Below, piece by piece: positions 23,896-30,881 of a stretch of 32,980 nucleotides of DNA (within the stretch, counting starts at the first letter, position 1; each line of letters starts with the position of its first letter). Below the pieces are notes generated by a model. It was given only the letters and a program-made list of their open reading frames with translations, did not search any database and was not told the origin of the DNA. The stretch covers positions 1-32,980 of the forward strand of contig CAYZAH010000001.1 in NCBI GenBank assembly GCA_964475805.1. The letters run 5' to 3'. Position numbers and translations under genes: made by a program. The stretch is from an uncultured Pirellulales bacterium (lineage in GTDB: Bacteria; Planctomycetota; Phycisphaerae; Sedimentisphaerales; Anaerobacaceae).

Positions 23896-25620
23896 ATGAA
23901 CGTCAGCTTGATGATGATGGATACTGTTTGCAGCGGGCCTGTTCGCGGTGCTCCGACACCCTCGAAGGCGCGGACAGACGACGATCACAAGCCGTTCTCT
24001 CTGATTCGGGAGAACATGTCACCCGAAGTCCGTCCATGGGAAAACGTAACGTCCAATAAAACCGCAAGAGTCGGCGAGGGAAACTCCACTGAAAAGGCAT
24101 TGCGCGAATCTGACGATGCGACCTCAAGAAAAACGGATGCCGGAGCCCCGCCGACAGACCGAGATGACCACGCCCCGAAGGAAACAGACTTAGTTTCCGA
24201 CACGAATGTGCAACCGGACTCGGAAGTGATCTCGCGAACCGAGGAGTGTAAGCCTGAAGAACAAAGCAACGCAGTGACAAACGAGCAGCCTCTCGAAATC
24301 GAGGTGTTTTCGTCAAATCCCGCGTTGAAACGCGGTGACTCTATTCAGGTATCGGATGAGGCTTCGGAACCGATTGCTACGGAGGCCATCGCGGCGGAGG
24401 CAAGCCAGGGAACCCCGGAAGGTGTCCCGATGGACGCATCTGGGAATACGCCTGCGGCATCTGATAGTTCCAAGATGGAACAAAACGTCAATAGCCCGAC
24501 TCCGGCGGTGCCAAACGGAACAACTGCTCACGTGATAGGCAAAACCAACACGCAAAGCGATTCAGAATCAGCGGACGGCGCTTCTGCGGGAACTGGCGGG
24601 ACAAGTGCATCTCGCGAGAGTACACCCACAGACGGAGATAGTGCGCCTGCCATCGAGGTTCCGCAACAACTTGGATCGAATACGAAAGACTCGATCTTCA
24701 ATAGCCTGGTGGATCCTGAGAGTGAGACAACGGGCAACCTCCAAGAAGCGATGTCGGATCAAGCCAAGACTTCTGAAACACAACTTCACGTCACGAAGGG
24801 TGCCTCAGACAAAGATGTGTCAGTTGGCGAGACTGTGTCTAAACAAAACGATCCAACCGATGAAGAGTCCGCGGACCCTGAAGACCATCTCTTGGATGCG
24901 AATCCTGAACCGCGAGCCTCCAACCCACGATTCGAGGACGGCACACCCTCGACCCAACAGAACCATTCATCCGATGATAATGGCCCACAAGCAAGATCAG
25001 AGCAGACATTCACTCAGAGCGCCGCGAACCGATTCGTGGCCTACGATTCACGATTCTCCGATTCAAGCGTGGAAGCAAACACTCCGACAACCGCCCAAAA
25101 ACCGCAAATGGAAAACTCCGAATGGGCCTCGTCCGGCCAGACCTCTACAGACGTCGGCAAACAGGTTCTCGAATCGATTCAGAGTACCCTGAGCGGCCGA
25201 GGCTCAGACCAGCAGATCACCGTCCAGCTCAATCCGCCCGAACTGGGCAGAGTCTCTATACGATTCCAAGAACAAAACAACGAGCTGACCGGCCATCTGG
25301 AGGTCAACAAGCCGGAGACCCGAGCAGAAATCGAGCACGCGCTTCCACAAATGATACGCAATCTTGCCGATTGCGGCATCCACATCAAGCGGATCGACGT
25401 TACGCTCTCACAGCACGATCGGCCGCAATACGGGGCGACGGGCGACTCCTTGCCGCAGAATAGCTGGTCCCAACAGGGAAATTCCGCGGATTCACAAGCG
25501 TGGGACAAAGATGCTTATACGGACGGGGTCAGTGAATGGTCGCCGAACAACACGTACGAGCGAATCAGCGAGTTGCAGGAGATTCCGGCGGGTGACGGCT
25601 CCGTCAATGTGCTGATATGA
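23896..25620 (+). CDS. fliK: Flagellar hook-length control protein FliK
   Basis: C-terminal Flg_hook-type domain: QITVQLNPPELGRVSIRFQEQNNELTGHLEVNKPETRAEIEHALPQMIRNLADCGIHIKRIDV. The long N-terminal region is rich in S/T/D/E/P and low in complexity. I prefer ATG 23896 (AAGGTG SD 5 nt upstream) over GTG 23890. Confidence 0.88.
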   Translation: MNVSLMMMDTVCSGPVRGAPTPSKARTDDDHKPFSLIRENMSPEVRPWENVTSNKTARVGEGNSTEKALRESDDATSRKTDAGAPPTDRDDHAPKETDLVSDTNVQPDSEVISRTEECKPEEQSNAVTNEQPLEIEVFSSNPALKRGDSIQVSDEASEPIATEAIAAEASQGTPEGVPMDASGNTPAASDSSKMEQNVNSPTPAVPNGTTAHVIGKTNTQSDSESADGASAGTGGTSASRESTPTDGDSAPAIEVPQQLGSNTKDSIFNSLVDPESETTGNLQEAMSDQAKTSETQLHVTKGASDKDVSVGETVSKQNDPTDEESADPEDHLLDANPEPRASNPRFEDGTPSTQQNHSSDDNGPQARSEQTFTQSAANRFVAYDSRFSDSSVEANTPTTAQKPQMENSEWASSGQTSTDVGKQVLESIQSTLSGRGSDQQITVQLNPPELGRVSIRFQEQNNELTGHLEVNKPETRAEIEHALPQMIRNLADCGIHIKRIDVTLSQHDRPQYGATGDSLPQNSWSQQGNSADSQAWDKDAYTDGVSEWSPNNTYERISELQEIPAGDGSVNVLI

Positions 25621-25817
25621 AACAGATAGAAAGGCATGATACGACTGTCGCGTCGCTTCGTGAAGCGATCGCGAAAGACCCTCAGATACCGCGCTTCCAC
25701 AATGCCTTGGGACTTGTCCTCGAAGATCGTGGCCAATTTGAGGAGGCGGTCCCGCTCGATCCCAGGTGTACCGAGACCTTTCATATGAAGGCCGGACACT
25801 GGGACTGGAAGCAGTAA
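25617..25817 (+). pseudogene. 66-codon TPR fragment paralogous to the N-terminal TPRs of the next gene. Either a relic of a duplicated TPR-GT gene or a small stand-alone TPR ORF.
   Basis: HDTTVASLREAIAKDPQIPRFHNALGLVLEDRGQFEEAV aligns with HNQAIELVREAIAQDQDVPQFHNTLGAALRAAGQFEEAI (nt 26128-26232 of the next gene; about 19/34 identical in the core by hand count). It then degenerates and stops. Its ATG overlaps the fliK stop (ATGA). Confidence 0.4.
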
Positions 25818-25947
25818 GCGCCATTATGAGCGACTTGGAACAGACGGACAGCACGTTAGAAGGATCGTTCGGTCTTACGGTCTCTATGAGTTCGACGAAG
25901 CCAGCCATCGGTGGGGAGATGTGATACGACAGGAGCAGAAGCTTGAC

Positions 25948-27564
25948 ATGCAAGCGACAAGCGTTGGTGAAGCTGTGAATACCGCCGTGCGCGAGTATGA
26001 GGCGGGACGTTTGGCGCCGGCCGAACGCGCGTGTCGGGCGGTCCTCCAAAGCCATCCTCAGAACGCTCATGCCTTGCACCTGCTCGGGGCCATCACATAT
26101 AAGAAGGGACTCCACAACCAGGCGATCGAGTTGGTTCGAGAAGCGATTGCGCAAGACCAGGACGTACCCCAATTCCACAACACCCTCGGAGCCGCGTTGC
26201 GCGCCGCCGGGCAGTTCGAGGAAGCCATTGCCGCTTATGAGCGGGCGATATCACTCGACCCTGAATACCTCCGCGCCTACATCAACATGGGCAATGCCCT
26301 CGTTTTCCAGGGCCGATACGCCCGTGCGGCAGAGAAGTACCGTCACGTGATATCGCTGGACCCGACGTGCGTCGAAGCCTACGACTGTATGGCTGTGGCG
26401 CTTCAATACCAAGGACAATATGACGCGGCGATTGTCGCGTGCAATCAGGCCTTAGCGCTCGATCCCGATGACGTGGAGACCTACAACACAATGGCCTGCG
26501 TGCTTATGAGGCAAGGTCGCTGCGCTGAAGCGATTGAGACATACAAGCGCGTCCTTCAAATCAAACCCGACTATGCCAAGGCCCACTGCAACCTGGGGAT
26601 GGCGCTTCTGCTCAGTGGAAGACTCAGGGAGGGGTGGGCTGAGTATAGATGGCGAGTCCGTACCGGAAACGTAGCGTGCTCGCCGCGTTATGACTCGCCT
26701 TGCTGGGACGGTTCGCCTTTTGTGGGCAAAAGACTCGTCGTGCACTTCGAGCAGGGCTTCGGCGACAACATCCAATTCATACGATACCTGCCGATGGTGA
26801 AGCGTCGCGGCGGCACGGTCATCTGCGAGATGCTGAGACCCCTGGTGGGCCTCTTGCGAGGATTTCCGGGAATTGACGAATTGGTAGAGGCTTCGTCCAC
26901 GGGCAAGTCGTCCATAAACAGCGACCTGCACGTACCCTTGTTAGAACTTCCAAGGATATTCGGGACGGCTTTGCACACCATACCCTGCGACGTTCCTTAC
27001 CTTCATGCCGACCTGTTGAAAGCCGAATACTGGCGGAAGAAACTCTCTATGCCGGGATTCAAGGTAGGGATCGTGTGGGCCGGGACACCCGCTCACATGG
27101 AGAATAGGGCTCGCTCTTGCCGTTTGAGCCACTTCCTGCGACTGTCAAAGGTCCCCGGCATGCAGCTTATCGGACTGCAAAAGGGTGCCGCCGCCGGACA
27201 AGCTGATGAAATGGCGACAAGGATGTCAGTCATGAATCTCGCTGATGAGCTCCATGATTTCACAGATACGGCCGCGGTGATCGCCAACCTGGACCTGGTG
27301 ATCTCGGTGGATACCGCCGTTCTGCACTTGGCCGGGGCGATGGCCAAGCCGGCGTGGGCAGTGCTGTCTTTCGCACCCGACTGGCGATGGATGCTGGATC
27401 GAGACCACAGCCTCTGGTATCCGAGCATCAGGCTATTTAGGCAAAGCAAATACGGGGATTGGGGCGGCGTCTTCGAGCGTATAGCGGAGGAATTGGCGAT
27501 ACTAAGCGACTCGATGCCCGTAACTCGTGGCTCGAGCACCGAGATTCAAGTCTTCACAAAATGA
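25948..27564 (+). CDS. TPR-repeat + GT9-like (GT-B) glycosyltransferase with FlmG-type architecture; candidate flagellin glycosyltransferase
   Basis: About seven TPRs (nt ~25960-26690; e.g. AHALHLLGAITYKKGLHNQAIELVREAI, AYINMGNALVFQGRYARAAEKY). The C-terminal domain carries GT9-like motifs VVHFEQGFGDNIQFIRYLP, VGIVWAG, and LVISVDTAVLHLAGAMAKPAWAVLSFAPDWRWM. I prefer the ATG at 25948; the ORF-track GTG is at 25921. It ends 248 nt upstream of the flagellin gene. Confidence 0.8.
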   Translation: MQATSVGEAVNTAVREYEAGRLAPAERACRAVLQSHPQNAHALHLLGAITYKKGLHNQAIELVREAIAQDQDVPQFHNTLGAALRAAGQFEEAIAAYERAISLDPEYLRAYINMGNALVFQGRYARAAEKYRHVISLDPTCVEAYDCMAVALQYQGQYDAAIVACNQALALDPDDVETYNTMACVLMRQGRCAEAIETYKRVLQIKPDYAKAHCNLGMALLLSGRLREGWAEYRWRVRTGNVACSPRYDSPCWDGSPFVGKRLVVHFEQGFGDNIQFIRYLPMVKRRGGTVICEMLRPLVGLLRGFPGIDELVEASSTGKSSINSDLHVPLLELPRIFGTALHTIPCDVPYLHADLLKAEYWRKKLSMPGFKVGIVWAGTPAHMENRARSCRLSHFLRLSKVPGMQLIGLQKGAAAGQADEMATRMSVMNLADELHDFTDTAAVIANLDLVISVDTAVLHLAGAMAKPAWAVLSFAPDWRWMLDRDHSLWYPSIRLFRQSKYGDWGGVFERIAEELAILSDSMPVTRGSSTEIQVFTK

Positions 27565-27668
27565 GATTTTTTTTGCGGCTTTTACGTATCTTGCCTGTAT
27601 TATCGATCTTAGTCTCCGCCGAATTACCGGTCCAACGATTTTGCCCCTATTTGCCTGCCAGAAATCCC

Positions 27669-27695
27669 TTAAGTTTCCGTTATCGCCCTCGATAA
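27669..27695 (+). promoter_or_regulatory. Sigma28 (FliA)-type promoter of the flagellin gene
   Basis: TTAAGTTT-N11-CTCGATAA compared with TAAAGTTT-N11-GCCGATAA. Spacing is exact, the -35 matches 7/8, and the CGATAA core is intact. It lies about 118 nt upstream of the ATG. AAGGAG SD at 27799-27804. Confidence 0.7.
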
Positions 27696-27812
27696 TGACC
27701 ATTGAAGTAGCAGTGGCCGTTGTGCGTGTTGAATGTTTCAGGACCGACATCCTCAGGGGCTTTCAACGAGGCCACGGAAACGTGTCTGGTACAGTTTTAA
27801 GGAGCCAAAGAT

Positions 27813-28625
27813 ATGTTATCAATCAAGACCAACGCCATGGCGGCAAATGCTGCTCGGCACTTAGGAAACACTTACGGCGCCCTTGCTCAGTCGGTCGAGA
27901 GGCTGTCGTCAGGCCAGCGTATCAACAGCGCCAAGGATGACGCCGCCGGCTTGGCAGTCCGAGAACTGATGCGAGCCGACATCGCCGTACTCCAACAGGG
28001 CGCTCGTAATGCACAGGACGCGATCAGTATGGTACAAGTTGCAGAAGGCGGCATGCAGACAATCAATGATCTGCTCGTAAGGATGAAGCAGTTGGCTGAG
28101 CAGGCGGGTACAGGGACGTATTCTGCAGCGCAACGGTCTCTCTTGAACAACGAGTTCGACGAATTGGCCAATGAAATTGATCGCATTGCAGGGTCGGCCA
28201 CGTTCAACGGCGTCAGCTTGCTCAATAGCGCCAGTGGCACCATATCCGTGATGTTTGGCGATGTAACGGACCGCATCACCATCAACACCACTAACATGAC
28301 TCAGTCCGCGCTTTCCATCAACACTCTGAGCATCAACCAAGCAGCCAGTGCGCAGGCGGCCTTGACGACTTTGGCCACGGCCATCAATACAGCGAATTCT
28401 GCTCGGGCAGCATTCGGTGCGAAGATGAACCGTCTTGACAATACCGTCAACGTCATCAATGTACAGGTCGAGAATCTTACGGCATCAGAATCTCGGATTT
28501 CTGACGTCGATGTGGCTACCGAAATGGCCACCATGACAAGAAACCAAGTATTGGCCCAAGCCGGTGTGGCCATGTTGGCGCAAGCCAATGCCGTGCCGCA
28601 GATGGCATTGAGTCTCCTGAGATAA
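27813..28625 (+). CDS. fliC: Flagellin (minimal D0/D1-only form, 270 aa)
   Basis: N-terminus MLSIKTNAMAANAARHLGNTYGALAQSVERLSSGQRINSAKDDAAGLAV and C-terminus MTRNQVLAQAGVAMLAQANAVPQMALSLLR. The central segment is short and Ser/Thr-rich (SASGTISVMFGDVTDRITINTTNMTQSALSINTLSINQ). Confidence 0.97.
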   Translation: MLSIKTNAMAANAARHLGNTYGALAQSVERLSSGQRINSAKDDAAGLAVRELMRADIAVLQQGARNAQDAISMVQVAEGGMQTINDLLVRMKQLAEQAGTGTYSAAQRSLLNNEFDELANEIDRIAGSATFNGVSLLNSASGTISVMFGDVTDRITINTTNMTQSALSINTLSINQAASAQAALTTLATAINTANSARAAFGAKMNRLDNTVNVINVQVENLTASESRISDVDVATEMATMTRNQVLAQAGVAMLAQANAVPQMALSLLR

Positions 28626-28635
28626 TCGCCATCGT

Positions 28636-28731
28636 CAGAGTAGGGTGTGCAAGAGTATCTTGTGCAAGCGAAAGCCCCCGGCTCAATAGAGCCTCGCGTG
28701 TGTCAGATTATGGACTGCACACCCTACACTG
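28636..28731 (+). other. Long-range inverted repeat / structured fliC-fliS intergenic element
   Basis: CAGAGTAGGGTGTGC (28636-28650) pairs with GCACACCCTACACTG (28717-28731), 14 of 15 positions. Inside it are the direct repeat TGTGCAAG (28646 and 28661) and the hairpin GGCTC-aata-GAGCC (28680-28693). The palindrome CCCGAAAATTCGGG follows at 28738-28751. Confidence 0.5.
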
Positions 28732-28797
28732 TTTAGCCCCGAAAATTCGGGATCTTCACACTCGAAGATATAGAACCTGGTTTCAAGGAGCGATGAA

Positions 28798-29157
28798 ATG
28801 CAGGGAATCAAGGCATACCAGGATAGTGTGGTGACCACACAGAGCAGGGGTCGTCTCATCGTCCTATTATATGACGGCGCCATCAAGTTCATGAAGCTGG
28901 CGATCAAGGAACTGGAAGCGAACAACTACGAAGCCAAGGGGCGATACATAAACAAGGCCCTGGACATCATCAATGAGCTCAACGCTATCCTGGATATGAA
29001 CGCCGGAGGAGAAATGGCCTCGAATCTTCGCAAACTCTACTGTTTCATGATCAAGCACCTCACGGAGGCCAACATTAAACGCGATCCCGAGATGATCCGA
29101 GAGGTCATCAGGCTCATGGAAGACTTGAATCAAAGCTGGAAAGCCATATCCGGCTGA
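28798..29157 (+). CDS. fliS: Flagellin-specific export chaperone FliS
   Basis: 119-aa four-helix protein: YQDSVVTTQSRGRLIVLLYDGAIKFMKLA ..., INKALDIINELNAILDM, and SNLRKLYCFMIKHLTEANIKRDPEMIREVIRLMEDL. AAGGAG SD. Confidence 0.93.
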   Translation: MQGIKAYQDSVVTTQSRGRLIVLLYDGAIKFMKLAIKELEANNYEAKGRYINKALDIINELNAILDMNAGGEMASNLRKLYCFMIKHLTEANIKRDPEMIREVIRLMEDLNQSWKAISG

Positions 29158-29271
29158 TCGATCCAATCCGCCTTCGCCGTCAGCGTGTCCCTCGTCGCGA
29201 TCGGCCCACGGCCAGCACCGTCAAATCGATGACTCCTGGTTGCCGATTGCCGATTTCAATCGTAAATTTTA

Positions 29272-29286
29272 CCCGCTGACGGCGGG
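29272..29286 (-). terminator. Weak hairpin after the oxidoreductase stop
   Basis: The minus strand reads GCCCGC-cguca-GCGGGU followed by AAAAUUU. The stem is short and there is no clean U-tract. Confidence 0.3.
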
Positions 29287-29303
29287 CAAGAATCGAAAAT
29301 CCC

Positions 29304-30665
29304 TTAGACTTCCTTCCACTGGCCGGGAATGGGAACGTCAAACCAACCGCCCCGGTCGGCTTTCGCGGGCGCTGGACTATCGTAACTCAGCTCATCGAGA
29401 TAACTGCAGAACTGGAAGTTGGAGTTCATCATCTGGTCCCAGGTGACTATCTCGTTGGTATGGCTCGCGGCCCGACCCATTAGCGCGGTAAGGTCCGAGT
29501 AAACCGCTCGCTTGATTTCGTTGTGCGGCCGATCCTTGCGGATACTGGCGATGAAGTCGTTCCACTCGTATTGCCACGGACTATATCGATCCTTGGTGGG
29601 CGTCCAGGAAATGTTCGATCTTTCGATCCGCTGGTCCTTGAACATGTGGACGGTGGCGGCATGAATGTTGCCGGAGAACTGTGCGGCGCACTTGGTGCCG
29701 TGGATAAAGGTAGCGAATTCCGTGTGTGTCTTGTTCATTCGACGAAATCCACAGAACGCCTTCGTCCCATCGGCAAAAGTGTATTCCATCGAGTAAACGT
29801 CGATATTCTGCCCGTGGTCCCGACTGTGAGGGACCCGACCGCCCAGCCCGTGACAGGAAACGGGCCAGGAGTCTTTAATCCAGCAACACTCGTCGATCTG
29901 ATGGATCAGGTTATCAACCATATGGCCTGAACCCACCCAGAATAGATGCGCTTTGCCGAATTGCAGTTGGCTCATCAGCTCGTTGGCCCTTTCGCCCTGA
30001 TCCCCAAGCCAGCCGACTCCTCCCAGGCGGTTGGCACGGATCAATGGGATTTGCCCCATTTCCCCGTTGCGGATTTTCTCGATGAGCGCCTGACGGGCCG
30101 GAGAGTGGCGGCATTGAAGCCCGGCGGCTACCTTCAGGTTCTTGCTTTTCGCGATTTCATCGGCCCGAAGCAGTCGGTGCAGACCAGCCGGATCGGGCGC
30201 GAACGGCTTTTCCATGAAGACATTGATACCCTTCCGAATGGCATATTCAACGTGCACTACCCGGATATAGGCCCGCGTCGTGCACATGGCGATATCGCCG
30301 GGTCTGAGAATGTCGATAGCCTTGCGATAGGCATCGAAACCGATGAATCTACGATCTTCCGGCACGTCGATCTTGTCGCCAAACCTTTTCTTAAGAGCGT
30401 CATGCGAACTGTTTAGCTTCTTTTCCAAGAGGTCGGCCATCGCATAAAGCTTGATCGGACCGCCGTCAGAAACATTCAAAGCATCGCCAACGGCGCCGGA
30501 GCCGCGGCTACCGCAGCCAATCAGGGCCAGGCGAATCGTGCTGTCCTGGCCCGCAAAGGCAACAGGCCCCAGGCGGCTGAGGACCGCCGCACCCGCGGCA
30601 AGCGAACCACTTTGTTTGAGAAACTCTCGACGATTGACGTTAGACGTGCTGACGGGCTGAGTCAT
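29304..30665 (-). CDS. Gfo/Idh/MocA-family oxidoreductase with a twin-arginine (Tat) signal
   Basis: True start MTQPVSTSNVNRREFLKQSGSLAAGAAVL, at ATG 30665 preceded by AGGAGG. Rossmann motif IRLALIGCGSRGSG. The ORF-track version reaching 31148 is an upstream over-extension that overlaps the next gene. Confidence 0.88.
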   Translation of the reverse strand: MTQPVSTSNVNRREFLKQSGSLAAGAAVLSRLGPVAFAGQDSTIRLALIGCGSRGSGAVGDALNVSDGGPIKLYAMADLLEKKLNSSHDALKKRFGDKIDVPEDRRFIGFDAYRKAIDILRPGDIAMCTTRAYIRVVHVEYAIRKGINVFMEKPFAPDPAGLHRLLRADEIAKSKNLKVAAGLQCRHSPARQALIEKIRNGEMGQIPLIRANRLGGVGWLGDQGERANELMSQLQFGKAHLFWVGSGHMVDNLIHQIDECCWIKDSWPVSCHGLGGRVPHSRDHGQNIDVYSMEYTFADGTKAFCGFRRMNKTHTEFATFIHGTKCAAQFSGNIHAATVHMFKDQRIERSNISWTPTKDRYSPWQYEWNDFIASIRKDRPHNEIKRAVYSDLTALMGRAASHTNEIVTWDQMMNSNFQFCSYLDELSYDSPAPAKADRGGWFDVPIPGQWKEV

Positions 30666-30881
30666 GGTTGCCTCCTGAATTAATAGTATAGCACAACGGT
30701 TGTTTAGGCGTTCGATGGCATAAACACGGTCCCGGAATATATTCTCTGAGATGATACAAGGTATTGCTTTCGATTTCAACCGCCTTGTGGCGGGTGCCAA
30801 AATAATGATTGCGGTCGCGGGCGGCTCGCAATAATCTGAAAGCAAACAGAGTTTTGCGTACGACAGATTTGGGAGGCCAAT

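Noticed and set aside
25492-26178. 228-aa minus-strand ORF spanning the fliK end, TPR fragment and TPR-GT start
   Set aside because: It is antisense to three plus-strand features with clear homology signals, and it has no motifs of its own.
27700-27812. CsrA-binding sites in the flagellin leader (three GGA motifs, one in the SD)
   Set aside because: GGA triplets are too common to call. I saw no convincing hairpin-presented AGGA pair, and csrA/fliW are not in the window. I keep this only as a remark in the sigma28 finding.
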